DNA of 64,000 bases from assembly GCA_965203905.1 (NCBI GenBank), contig CBDBDQ010000005.1:2336001-2400000 (forward strand). Direction: 5' to 3'. The notes under the pieces were generated by a model. That model had not been told where the DNA came from and made no database searches. It was given only the letters and a program-made list of their open reading frames with translations. The position numbers and the translations under genes were made by a program. The stretch's first letter is position 1; every line of letters starts with the position of its first letter. Below, in pieces: positions 48,163-57,744 of the stretch. This DNA is from Spirochaetia bacterium. GTDB lineage: Bacteria > Spirochaetota > Spirochaetia > SZUA-6 > Bin103.

Positions 48163-49905
48163 CTACTGCTTGGCGGCGCGCTGCAGCCTGGCCCAGGTGT
48201 CGCGCAGGCCCACCGAGCGGTTGAACACCGGTGCACCGGGGCGGGAGTCGCGGTTGTCGACCACGAAGTAGCCGTGGCGCAGGAACTGGAAGATCTGCTC
48301 CGGCTGCGCCGCCGCCAAGCCCGGCTCCACCTTGCAGCCGGTCAGGATCACCTCGGAGTCCGGGTTGAGACGCTCCCCCAGATCCTCGTGGTCCACCTCG
48401 TTCATGTTCTCGGTGGTGAACAGGTGATCATAGAGGCGTACCTCGGCGGTATGAGCGTGCTGCGCCGAGACCCAGTGCAGCGTGCCGCGCACCTTCCGGC
48501 CGTCCGCGGTGCCGCCGCCGCGGGAGGCGGGATCGTAGCTGCAGCGCAGCTCGGTCACCTGCCCGGCGTCATCCTTCACCACCTCGTCGCAGGTGATGTA
48601 GTAGGCGCCCTTCAGCCGCACTTCGCGCCCCGGTGACAGGCGGAAGAACCTGCGCGGCGCCTGCTCCATGAAGTCGCTGCGTTCGATGAGCAGCTCGCGG
48701 CAGAAGGGCAGCGCCCGGGTGCCGGCGTTCGGGTCCTCGGGGTTGTTCTCCACCTCCACCTGCTCGCTCTTCCCCTCGGGGTAGTTGGTGATCACCACCC
48801 GCAACGGGTCCAGCACCGCCATCACCCGGGTGGCTGTGCGGTTCAGCTCCTGGCGCAGGTAGTACTCCAGCTGCGCATAACTGATCAGCACCGTGGTCTT
48901 GGTGAGGCCGACGCTGCGCACGAAGGCGCGGATGGAGCTGGGGGTGAAGCCGCGCCGGCGCAGGCCGCGCAGCGTCAGCAGGCGCGGGTCGTCCCAGCCA
49001 CGTACCGTGCCGTCGGCCACCAGCCGGCGCAGGACGCGCTTGTGCAGCACCGCGTAGGCCACGTTGAGGTGGTTGAACTCGATCTGCCGCGAGCGGAAGA
49101 TCCCCAGCTTCTCCAGGTACCAGTCGTACAGCGGGCGGTTGTTCTCGAACTCCAGCGAGCACAGCGAGTGGGTGACGCCCTCGATCGAGTCGCTCTGGCC
49201 GTGCGCCCAGTCGTACATCGGGTAGATGCACCAGGCGTCGCCGGTGCGGTAGTGGCGCGCGCGGCGGATGCGGTACATCACCGGATCGCGCAGGTTCAGG
49301 TTGGGCGAGGTCATGTCGATCCGTGCGCGCAGCACGTAGGCGCCGTCGGCGAACTCGCCCGCGCGCATGCGGCGCAGCAGGTCGAGGCTCTCCGCCGGCG
49401 GCCGGTTGCGGTCCGGGCTCTCGCGGCCGGGACGGGTCGGGACGCCGCGGTACTCGCTGATCTGTTCCGCGGTCAGGCTGTCGACGTAGGCGTCGCCCTG
49501 CTCGACCAGTTGCTCGGCCAGCTCGTAGAGCCGCCCGTAGTAGTCGGAGGCGTAGTACTCGTGCTCGCCCCAGTCGAAGCCGAGCCAGCGGATATCCTCC
49601 TTGATCGACTCCACGTACTCCAGCTTCTCGCGCTCGGGGTTGGTGTCGTCGAAGCGCAGGCTGCAGAAGCCGCCGAACTCGCGCGCGACGTCGAAGTTGA
49701 GGGTGATCGCCTTGGCGTGGCCGATGCCGATGTAGCCGTTCGGCTCCGGCGGCCAGCGCGTCTGCACGCGGTCGAAGCGGCCGGCGGCCAGGTCTTCGCG
49801 AATCGCCTTGCGAATGAAGTCGGACACCTCGGGAGCGGTCTCGATGGCGGGGGAGGGACTGGCGCTGCTCACGTCGCTGCTAAAGTTAGCTCGCCGCGTG
49901 GCCAT
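48163..49905 (-). CDS. glnS: Glutamine--tRNA ligase (atypical signature motifs)
   Basis: PPEPNGY, LRFDDTNP, YPMYDWAHGQSDSIEG.THSLC.LEF, GWDDPRL and FQFLRHGYF motifs. Start uncertain. Confidence 0.88.
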   Translation of the reverse strand: MATRRANFSSDVSSASPSPAIETAPEVSDFIRKAIREDLAAGRFDRVQTRWPPEPNGYIGIGHAKAITLNFDVAREFGGFCSLRFDDTNPEREKLEYVESIKEDIRWLGFDWGEHEYYASDYYGRLYELAEQLVEQGDAYVDSLTAEQISEYRGVPTRPGRESPDRNRPPAESLDLLRRMRAGEFADGAYVLRARIDMTSPNLNLRDPVMYRIRRARHYRTGDAWCIYPMYDWAHGQSDSIEGVTHSLCSLEFENNRPLYDWYLEKLGIFRSRQIEFNHLNVAYAVLHKRVLRRLVADGTVRGWDDPRLLTLRGLRRRGFTPSSIRAFVRSVGLTKTTVLISYAQLEYYLRQELNRTATRVMAVLDPLRVVITNYPEGKSEQVEVENNPEDPNAGTRALPFCRELLIERSDFMEQAPRRFFRLSPGREVRLKGAYYITCDEVVKDDAGQVTELRCSYDPASRGGGTADGRKVRGTLHWVSAQHAHTAEVRLYDHLFTTENMNEVDHEDLGERLNPDSEVILTGCKVEPGLAAAQPEQIFQFLRHGYFVVDNRDSRPGAPVFNRSVGLRDTWARLQRAAKQ

Positions 49906-49995
49906 CTACAACCGGATTCTGGGCCGCGCATCCGCAATCCGGCTGCATATCCCGCGCCTTGCGTGGCCTCGGCTCCTCTGGCACGCTCGCGGGAC

Positions 49996-51228
49996 ATGGA
50001 CACGCTGCGCGAGCCGACCCTGCTGCTGCGGGGTGGTCACGTCATCGACCCGTCCGCGAATGTCGATGGCAGAGCCGACGTGGTGGTGGCCGGCGACCGC
50101 ATCTCCCGGGTGGTGGTCGGCGGCGGCCTGGCGGAGGAAGAGTGCCCGCCCACGGTGGTGGACTGCAGCGGTCGCTACGTGTGTCCCGGTCTGGTGGACC
50201 TGCACGGCCACTACTACGAGGGCAGCCTGTACGGCGTCGATCCGCGCGCCGCGCTGCGCGGCGGAGTCACTACCGCGGTCGATGCGGGCACCTGCGGCTG
50301 CGTCAACTTCGCCGAGTTCCGCCGCACCGCCATCGACGGTGCGCCGGTGCGCATCCTGCCGTTCGTCCACATCGGCTGCCTGGGAATCCCCACCCCGACG
50401 CTCGGCGAGCTGCTCGACCTGCGGCACGCCCGCCCGCGCGAGACCGCGGCGACGATTCTGGAGCATCGCGACGTCGCGCTGGGGGTGAAGTTGCGCGCCG
50501 GCATCATGGCCCTGGGACACAATGTCGAGGCGGTGGAGCTGGCGCTGCGCGCCGCTGCCGAGAGCGGCTCACGCATGATGGTGCACATCAGCCTGCAGGG
50601 CGACACCCGCGAGGTGCTGCGGCGGTTGCGTCCGGGCGACATCGTCACCCACTGCTTCACCGGCCGCGGCGACGGCATTCTCGACTCCGCCAGCGGCGCA
50701 CTGCTGTCCGAGACCAGCGCGGCGCGGCAGCGCGGGGTGGTGTTCGACGTCGGCCACGGCTCCGGCAGCTTCCGCTGGGATACCGCGCTGAAGGCGTTCG
50801 AGCACACTTTCTATCCCGACACCATCAGCACCGACCTGCACCGCTACAACGTCGAGCAGGTGGTGTTCGACCTGCCCACCACCATGTCCAAGTTCCTGCT
50901 GCTGGGCATGACGCTGGCGGAGGTGGTGGAGAAGGCGACCCTGGCGCCGGCCCAGGCGATCGGACGTGCCCCGGAGCTCGGCACCCTTGCGCCCGGGGCC
51001 AGCGCCGACGTGCTGGTGTTCTCGGTGGAGCAGGGCGAGTTCCGGTTTCAGGACTCGCACCTGCGGGAGCGGGTCGGGGAACGCCGCCTGCGGCCCGAGC
51101 TGGTGGTGTCCCGCGGCCGCGTGGTGCGGCCCGCGGAGGTGCCGGTGCGCCTGCGCCGCATGACGCCCTGGGACGACGAGACCTACGCCGCGCTGCGCAC
51201 CTCGGCAGCCGCCGCGGGAAAATATTAA
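49996..51228 (+). CDS. Amidohydrolase (dihydroorotase/deacetylase-like)
   Basis: PGLVDLHGH, GVTTAVDAG, GVKLR, MVHI, THCF, DVGHGSGSF and ISTDLH motifs. Confidence 0.88.
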   Translation: MDTLREPTLLLRGGHVIDPSANVDGRADVVVAGDRISRVVVGGGLAEEECPPTVVDCSGRYVCPGLVDLHGHYYEGSLYGVDPRAALRGGVTTAVDAGTCGCVNFAEFRRTAIDGAPVRILPFVHIGCLGIPTPTLGELLDLRHARPRETAATILEHRDVALGVKLRAGIMALGHNVEAVELALRAAAESGSRMMVHISLQGDTREVLRRLRPGDIVTHCFTGRGDGILDSASGALLSETSAARQRGVVFDVGHGSGSFRWDTALKAFEHTFYPDTISTDLHRYNVEQVVFDLPTTMSKFLLLGMTLAEVVEKATLAPAQAIGRAPELGTLAPGASADVLVFSVEQGEFRFQDSHLRERVGERRLRPELVVSRGRVVRPAEVPVRLRRMTPWDDETYAALRTSAAAAGKY

Positions 51229-51445
51229 AGCAAGGCTGAGAATAGCGTGTTATTTAAGAGCGTACGCTACAGGCGGTTGATGCTACACTACTAGTTGTGG
51301 TGCATGATAGCGTTTGTCAAAGTGTTTATCCTTGGCGCACGGCGAGCCACACGAGCGCGGCCGCACTCGGCGGGCTGGGATACCATCGTTGCGTGTTGTC
51401 GCCTGCACTCGGTGGTGACGAGGCGTCGCAAATGGACCCGACGAA

Positions 51446-52321
51446 TTGAGATACGCATTGCCGAACAGTCTTCAGCATGATCTGGCCGGATTTCAAGTCT
51501 GTACTGAACTCTATGAGCGCACCAAAGATCGGCGTTTTGATGAAATTGAGATCGACATGCGCAGCACGACTTGGTTGGACGCCGATATGTGTGCAATTAT
51601 CGGTGCACTTCTCTACTATATTGGATCACGCTTGAATACGGTACGGCTTACAAACATAAACTCGCGAGTGCGTTCTGTTCTCTCGAAGAATGGATTTCTC
51701 ACCCATTACGGAGAAGAGAGGATACACGATCGTTGGGGTACGACAATAGCATATCAGAGATTCGACGTACAAGATGACAGATACTTTTCAGAATATATCG
51801 AGAGAGAGTTCATCCATCGCACAGAGATGCCAACGATGTCACTTGGTTTGTTGAAGAAATTCCGTGAGAGTATATTCGAGATTTTTAGCAACGCAGTATT
51901 ACACTCAAATAGCAGATTGGGAATATTCAACTGTGGCCAATACTCCCCTAATCGAGGTCAACTGAATCTTACGGTAGCCGATCTAGGCGTTGGAATGAAG
52001 AAGAATGTGGGCGACCATATTAGGATAGATATCGCGCCGGAGAAGGCAATTGAGTGGGCGACTCAAGAGCGGAATACTACTAAAATAGGCAGTGTTCCTG
52101 GAGGTCTCGGGTTGAAGCTTCTACGCGAATTCATCGACCTAAATCGAGGTTGTATTCAGATAGTGTCAGATGCAGGGTACTGGTGTCGGCAGAACGGCCT
52201 AACTACCATGCATAGGCTCCGACACCAATTTCCCGGAACAGTGGTGAGTGTAGAGATCAATACAACAGATACACACTCATATCGGTTACAGTCAGAAGTG
52301 TCACTCGAGGACATATTTTAA
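51446..52321 (+). CDS. STAS-like plus GHKL/HATPase protein
   Basis: EIFSNAVLHS (N box), VADLGVG (G1), TTK...GGLGL (G2) and FPGTVV. No HisKA domain. AT-rich segment. Confidence 0.82.
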   Translation: MRYALPNSLQHDLAGFQVCTELYERTKDRRFDEIEIDMRSTTWLDADMCAIIGALLYYIGSRLNTVRLTNINSRVRSVLSKNGFLTHYGEERIHDRWGTTIAYQRFDVQDDRYFSEYIEREFIHRTEMPTMSLGLLKKFRESIFEIFSNAVLHSNSRLGIFNCGQYSPNRGQLNLTVADLGVGMKKNVGDHIRIDIAPEKAIEWATQERNTTKIGSVPGGLGLKLLREFIDLNRGCIQIVSDAGYWCRQNGLTTMHRLRHQFPGTVVSVEINTTDTHSYRLQSEVSLEDIF

Positions 52322-52331
52322 GGCATTTAGA

Positions 52332-52711
52332 ATGAAAAATCGGATCACGATTTCGGCATTCGAGGTAATAGGAAGCCCCCTATGTGTGGCTTCCGCGGAC
52401 GGCCAGAAGATCTACGATCGTATCGCGCGAGTTTTGAAAGAGGGTGGATATGCTGCGGTGTCATTTCGAAATGTCAGTACCCTCACGTCTGCTTTTCTAA
52501 ATGCAGCCATTGGTCAGCTATATGGTGAGTTCGACAATGACACGATTCGCAGTAGGATAACGATAGAAGAGATGGAGCCGAACGACATCGCGCTATGAGG
52601 CGCGTAGTTGACACCGCCAAGGAGTACTTCAAAGATCCACAAAGGTTCGAGCAGGCTGTTCGTGATACATTGGGAAACGGAGATGGCGGCTCAGAATCCA
52701 ATATCAGTTGA
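52332..52711 (+). pseudogene. STAS-like (DUF4325) protein, frameshifted
   Basis: VASADGQKIY...SFRNVSTLTSAFLNAAIGQLY. Stop at 52598, but the shifted frame continues RRVVDTAKEYFKDPQRFEQAV to 52711. Confidence 0.75.
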
Positions 52712-53071
52712 GCACTATGTCTTCCAGGAAGATGACTGTGTATTCCTTGACGCCAATATCTGGTTGTTTGTTTATGGTCCACAGCAACCAAAAGACAAGA
52801 CGAGGATTTATTCGGATGCCCTTAGTCGTATCTTGAAGGCACGGTGCAGAATCTATATCGATATACTGGTAGTGTCAGAAGTAATAAACGCATTTGCAAG
52901 GATTAGATGGAGACTAAACGTATCCAGGCTACCCTTTAAGGTGTTTCGAAACAGCCCTCTGTTTGTACCGGTAGCTGAAGCTGGAAGCTCGTTACGGATG
53001 ACGGCGATTTTGATGCCCAAGGGATACCGGTCATAACCGCCAATTCCGGTCTGCTACGCTCGCGCACATGA
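52683..53071 (+). pseudogene. PIN-domain protein with internal deletion and frameshift
   Basis: VFLDANIWL...VVSEVIN...FKVFRNS. After about 52980 another frame gives KLVTDDGDF..IPVITAN; the middle of the domain is missing. Confidence 0.78.
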
Positions 53072-53144
53072 AATAGGGGCTCAACACTGAGTAGGCGCAT
53101 CGAAGCAGAATGAACGGGGAAGACAGACGATATGGATTGCGTGA

Positions 53145-54260
53145 TCAGGGCAATTTCGTGGCTTCGGAGGCTGCCTCGACTGGAAGATGCGTGGTGAGAA
53201 ACCGGACTGCATTATTGCTCAGGATCCCCGCGATCTGTTCATCAGTATAGCCGCGTTCGGTCAGGATTCCTCCCAGCCGCTGCAGGTCGGCGATCGTGGT
53301 CAGTTCGCGCGGCGTCTGCTCGGAGCCGAAGCCGCCGTCCAGGTCGCTGCCGACGGCGGCCTGCGACGCGTTTCCCGCGAGCTGGCAGATGTGATCGACG
53401 TGGTCGGCCAGCGTGGTCATCGGCACCTGCTCGCTGCTGGTCTCGCCGCGTACCCAGCCGGGGTAGAGCATCCAGGCGTCGCAGGCCACGGCCACGATGC
53501 CGCCGCGCTCCAGCACCAGGCGCAGTTGCTCGTCGGTAAACTGGCGTCCGCCGGGGACCAGGGCGCGGCAGTTCTGGTGGCTTGCCAGCACCGGCCCGGG
53601 AAAGCGGTCGAGGGCCTGGAAGAACGCAGGATCCGAGAGATGGGTCAGGTCCAGGATCAGGCCTGCCTCCGCGAATGCGTCCAGCAGCTTGCGGCCGGCC
53701 GCGGTCAAATCCCCGTCGGTGCCGGTGCCGCCGGCGTAGCGACCCAGCCCGTAGTGCACCAGGCTGGCCACCCGCAGGCCGGCGGCATGCCAGCGTGCCA
53801 CGTGGCCGGGTGAGATGATCGGGTCGCTGCCCTCCATGGCCAGCACGATACCCACCCGGCGTTCCTCGCCCGCCCGCCAGCGCCGGGCGTGCGCCTGAAG
53901 CTCGTCGCCGGTGGCGAGCAGCGCCACCTCGCCCGCTTCCTCCAGCGCCCGGTACCAGGCGAGCTGCCCGGTGGCGACCGCCCCCGCCGCCGCCGGCGTC
54001 GGGTAATCGAGCAGGCCGCCGTGGATTGCCGTCGCGCCCACCGGAGTGCGCGCGATCAGCGTCGCCATGCACAGCCCCACGCCACCGGCGCGCATCTCGG
54101 GCAGGGTGGTGGTGGCGCGGCCGCGGCCCCGCTCGTCGGTCAGGCCGCGCTCGCGGTCGTTGAGCCGCTCCAGCGGCAGCGTGAGGTCGCGCCGGAAGCC
54201 GAGCGCGTTCCAGGCCAGGTCCAGGTGGCAGTCGAAGATGAGCCGGGCATCGTGGTGCAT
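53145..54260 (-). CDS. Membrane dipeptidase (peptidase M19)
   Basis: FDCHLD, AMEGSD, LDLTHL, ASHQN and VGSDLDGG motifs. Confidence 0.9.
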   Translation of the reverse strand: MHHDARLIFDCHLDLAWNALGFRRDLTLPLERLNDRERGLTDERGRGRATTTLPEMRAGGVGLCMATLIARTPVGATAIHGGLLDYPTPAAAGAVATGQLAWYRALEEAGEVALLATGDELQAHARRWRAGEERRVGIVLAMEGSDPIISPGHVARWHAAGLRVASLVHYGLGRYAGGTGTDGDLTAAGRKLLDAFAEAGLILDLTHLSDPAFFQALDRFPGPVLASHQNCRALVPGGRQFTDEQLRLVLERGGIVAVACDAWMLYPGWVRGETSSEQVPMTTLADHVDHICQLAGNASQAAVGSDLDGGFGSEQTPRELTTIADLQRLGGILTERGYTDEQIAGILSNNAVRFLTTHLPVEAASEATKLP

Positions 54261-54268
54261 GTGCTACA

Positions 54269-55930
54269 GTGCAGCGCACCGTGCGGATTACGTCCAGTGA
54301 CCATTACATAGGCCGTCGCTCGCCGGCGCTCTCCAGCCGCGGCATGGTGGCCTCGTCGTCGCCGCAGGCGTCCCTGTTCGGCCTGCGCATGCTCGCCGCC
54401 GGGGGCAGCGCGGCCGACGCGGCGCTGGCGGCGGCCGCCGGCATGCAGGTCACCATGCCCTGCCAGACCGGCCTCGGCGGCGACTGTTTCGTGCTCTACT
54501 ACGAGGCGGCGAGCGGCACCGTGCACGCCCTCAACGGCTCCGGACGCAACGCCCGCGGACTGAGCCTGGAGCTGCTGCGGCGCGAGGGGCTGGCGACCGC
54601 CCTGCCCGCCGGCCACGCCCACAACGTGACCGTGCCGGGCGCCCCCGCCGCCTGGTCCGACCTGCACGCCCGCTTCGGCATCCTGCCGCGCGCGCAGGTG
54701 GTGGAGCCGGCCGCCGAGCTGGCCGCCGCCGGGTACCCGGTGGCCCCCATCAGCGCGCGCCTGTGGCAGGCCGCCGCCGGCCAGCTCCTGGCGGCCCGCC
54801 ACGGTGGAGAGCTGCTCGTGCAGGGACGCGCCCCCCATGCGGGCGAAGTGATGCGTATCCCGACGCTGGCCGCCTCGCTGCGCGCCTGGGGCGACGTCGG
54901 CGCGGAGCCGTTCTACCGCGGGCCGATCGCCGAGCAGGTGGTGGCCGCCGTGCGCGAGGCGGGCGGCGTGCTGGCCGTGGAAGACCTGGCCGCGCACCGC
55001 AGCGAATGGGTGCAGCCGCTGTCCGTCGACTACCGTGGCAGGCGGATCTGGGAGTGCCCGCCCAACGGCCAGGGCCTGGCGGTGCTGGTCGCCCTGCAGA
55101 TCCTCGGCCGCTTCGAGTTGCCCGCCGCGTCGGGCCCCCATCCGGGCGCGGATCGGTATCACCTGCTGATCGAGTGCATGCGCCGCGGCTTCGCCGTTGC
55201 GGCCCGCTACGTGGCCGACCCCGAGCACGCGGAGCTGCCCCTGGACCAGCTCCTGGACGGCGACTACGCGGCCGCGCTCGCGCGCCACGTCGATCCGCAC
55301 CGGGCCAGCGCTCCACCCGTGGGCGGGGAGGAACCGGTGCCTGCCGCGGACACCATCTACCTGTGCGCCGCCGACGGCGCCGGCAACGCCTGCTCCTTCA
55401 TCGGCAGCAACTACATGAGCTTCGGCACCGGCATCGTGCCGCGCGGGTGCGGCTATTCACTGCAGAACCGCGGCGCCGGGTTCTCCCTCGATCCGCGCCA
55501 CGCCAACGCCCTGGCGCCCGGCAAGCGTCCCTATCACACCATCATCCCGGGCATGATCACGGACTCGGACGGCGCACTGCAGGCGGCATTCGGGGTAATG
55601 GGCGGCTTCATGCAGCCGCAGGGTCACCTGCAGGTGGTGTCGGCCCTGGTGGACGATGCCGTGGATCCGCAGGCGGCCCTGGACCGGCCCCGGTTCCAGC
55701 TCGCCGCCGGCAGCGTGGCGGGGCTACCGGGCGCCCCGGTGGCACTGGAAGAAGGCCTGGAACAGGTGGCCGGGGACCTGGAAGGCCGCGGTCACCGGGT
55801 GCAGATGGTGGCCGGAGCCGAACGTCCCGGGTTCGGGCGCGGGCAGGTGATCTGGCGCGACGGGGAAGGCGTGCTGTGGGGCGGCAGCGACCCGCGCGCC
55901 GACGGCTGCGCCCTGGGCGTGCCGGGATGA
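54269..55930 (+). CDS. ggt: Gamma-glutamyltransferase family protein
   Basis: GLGGDCF, PPNGQG, ADTIYL (Thr nucleophile), PGKRPYHTIIP, GVMGGFMQPQG and GGSDPRADG motifs. Start approximate. Confidence 0.9.
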   Translation: MQRTVRITSSDHYIGRRSPALSSRGMVASSSPQASLFGLRMLAAGGSAADAALAAAAGMQVTMPCQTGLGGDCFVLYYEAASGTVHALNGSGRNARGLSLELLRREGLATALPAGHAHNVTVPGAPAAWSDLHARFGILPRAQVVEPAAELAAAGYPVAPISARLWQAAAGQLLAARHGGELLVQGRAPHAGEVMRIPTLAASLRAWGDVGAEPFYRGPIAEQVVAAVREAGGVLAVEDLAAHRSEWVQPLSVDYRGRRIWECPPNGQGLAVLVALQILGRFELPAASGPHPGADRYHLLIECMRRGFAVAARYVADPEHAELPLDQLLDGDYAAALARHVDPHRASAPPVGGEEPVPAADTIYLCAADGAGNACSFIGSNYMSFGTGIVPRGCGYSLQNRGAGFSLDPRHANALAPGKRPYHTIIPGMITDSDGALQAAFGVMGGFMQPQGHLQVVSALVDDAVDPQAALDRPRFQLAAGSVAGLPGAPVALEEGLEQVAGDLEGRGHRVQMVAGAERPGFGRGQVIWRDGEGVLWGGSDPRADGCALGVPG

Positions 55931-56135
55931 TGACAACGGAAGTATTATGCCACAATCACGCGAATGTGGCGTACAAAACAACTAATGCGCCACGTGTGGC
56001 ACACAACGTCGGCATTTGGGTTTGGAGAGTACGCCCTTCTTTGCCGGGGGCGTCACAGCACCATTCGACCCTCGACGAGGTTCACCAGAGCCGGGAATCC
56101 CAGTACGTTGGCGCGACGGCCGTTGCCGGCGCTTA

Positions 56136-57444
56136 GGAGTCTCGCCAAAATAAGCTGGTCTTTTAGTCACTGTCGGGGAGTCAGCATGTAGTTCCATTCG
56201 CCGTGAAACCGATCGCGCTTCAGATTCAGTGCCTGCATCTGTTCGTCGCTCACCGTCTGCCCCGTCGGGTAGCTGTTGTGGTCCAACTCCGAGCGGATCG
56301 TCAAGCCGCTCCTGGTTCTCGTGTGGCCGATCAGGTTCACCACCACCTGCCGGCTCACCAGCGGTCGCCCGCGCCAGTTCTCGGTGATGTGACAGAACAT
56401 CCGATGCTCGATCTTGTTCCACTTGCTGGTCCCCGGCGGAAAGTGACACACCGAGATGCGCAGCCCCGTGGCATCGGCGAACTGCTGCAACTCCACCTTC
56501 CACAGCCGACTGCGACTGCTGTTGGAACCGCCCCCGTCGGCCGTGATCAGCAACCGCCGCGCCTGTGGATACGCCATATGGCCCATCCTCTGCCACCACC
56601 TCCGCAGTGTCTCCACGGCGAATACCGCGGTGTCGTGATCCTCCCCCACGCTCACCCAGCCGGTGTCACCGGTCACGTCGTAGATCCCGTACGGAATCGC
56701 CTTGCCGAGCGTCTTATCCACGAAATCGTGCACCTTGACGCGCTCCGGTTGGCCCTTCGGGCGCCACTCTCGACCCCCGTTGCGGTACTCGCCCACCAAC
56801 TCCTTTTTCTTGGTGTCAACAGAAACTACCGGCTGCCGCAGAGCCTGAAACGCGCGCACCCTCCGGTTGATGTGCTTGAACTGCGCATCGCGGTCGACAT
56901 GCTGCGTGCCTTCCAGCGTCTTGCGGTTGGCCTGCAGGCTGTAGCCCAACTCATGCAACAGCCGGTTCACGGTCCGCTCGCTCACCGGGTGACCGGCCGC
57001 CTGCAGTTCCTCGGCCAGCCGCGCCGCGCTACTGCAGGTCCACAGCAACGGCCCCATCGGGTCGCCGCGGGTGACCGGGTCGACCAACCGCTCCAGCGCC
57101 TGTGTCAACTTCGGGTCGCGGGCGGTCAACGGCTTACGGCCTGCGCCGGGTCGTCGCTGGCGTCCGCTGTTGGCTTGTGCCCCTGCTGCTGCGCCGGCAT
57201 CCAGTTCCTTCAGCCCGGCGTGAATGGTGGTCCGCGAGATCCCGGTGGCGGCTGCCACACAGGCGATGCCGCCACGGCCCAGCAGGCGCGCCTCCACCGC
57301 AGCCCAGCGGCGCCGGAGGCGCTCGTCAAACAATGGATTCAGGGCTGCGAACTTGGTCTTGACCGCTTGGGTGAGAATTGGGTCCACTACGTCTGAGTAG
57401 ATTATCGGCTACTCCTTTCGACCACTTTATTTTGGCGAGATCCC
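56136..57444 (-). mobile_element. Complete ISAzo13-family IS (1309 bp)
   Basis: 18-bp TIRs GGAGTCTCGCCAAAATAA and TTATTTTGGCGAGATCCC (16/18 match). TTA duplicated at 56133-56135 and 57445-57447. Confidence 0.95.
56167..57387 (-). CDS. ISAzo13-family transposase
   Basis: ERLRRRWAA.EA, TRGDPM.PLLWT, DRDAQF, VSVDTKKKELVG and SKWNKIEHR motifs. Confidence 0.95.
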   Translation of the reverse strand: MDPILTQAVKTKFAALNPLFDERLRRRWAAVEARLLGRGGIACVAAATGISRTTIHAGLKELDAGAAAGAQANSGRQRRPGAGRKPLTARDPKLTQALERLVDPVTRGDPMGPLLWTCSSAARLAEELQAAGHPVSERTVNRLLHELGYSLQANRKTLEGTQHVDRDAQFKHINRRVRAFQALRQPVVSVDTKKKELVGEYRNGGREWRPKGQPERVKVHDFVDKTLGKAIPYGIYDVTGDTGWVSVGEDHDTAVFAVETLRRWWQRMGHMAYPQARRLLITADGGGSNSSRSRLWKVELQQFADATGLRISVCHFPPGTSKWNKIEHRMFCHITENWRGRPLVSRQVVVNLIGHTRTRSGLTIRSELDHNSYPTGQTVSDEQMQALNLKRDRFHGEWNYMLTPRQ

Positions 57445-57744
57445 TTACCGTCGTCAGAATGCCCGCTTCGAGCAGGACTCGGAGCAACCGATGCGCCGTT
57501 CGCGGTGGCAACCCTGCCGTCGCGGCGTCCGGATGGGGAACCGCGGCGAGCACGCCATCGTAACGCGCGACCGCGGCTGACGCAGGGCCTATCAGGGGAA
57601 TCAGCTTCGGCCAGTCCAGCCGCGCGTCCGGTGGGAAAGCGCCTCTGCGGTAGTGGACCGGCGGCATCAGGCGCCCACCACGAGATGCTGCCGACTGCTA
57701 AACGTTGTGGATGCCGGATGACCGCGGGCGCTCGTGGGAGAGCC

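Larger units (their letters stand above)
56053..57667 (-). pseudogene. Fic-family gene remnant, internally deleted and interrupted by ISAzo13
   Basis: N-terminus PPVHYRRGAFPP..LDWPKLIPLIGPASAAVARYDG is fused to a C-terminal HTH-like part. Removing the IS and one TTA restores ...ILTTVSAGNGRRANVLGFPALVNLVEGRMVL*. Confidence 0.75.

Noticed and set aside
49042-49995. Long N-terminal extension of the amidohydrolase
   Set aside because: It overlaps glnS antisense. The family motif begins at ATG 49996.
1-57444. Composite transposon bounded by the two ISAzo13 copies
   Set aside because: The second copy has its own target duplication inside fic, showing independent insertion. The interval also contains ordinary chromosomal genes such as glnS.
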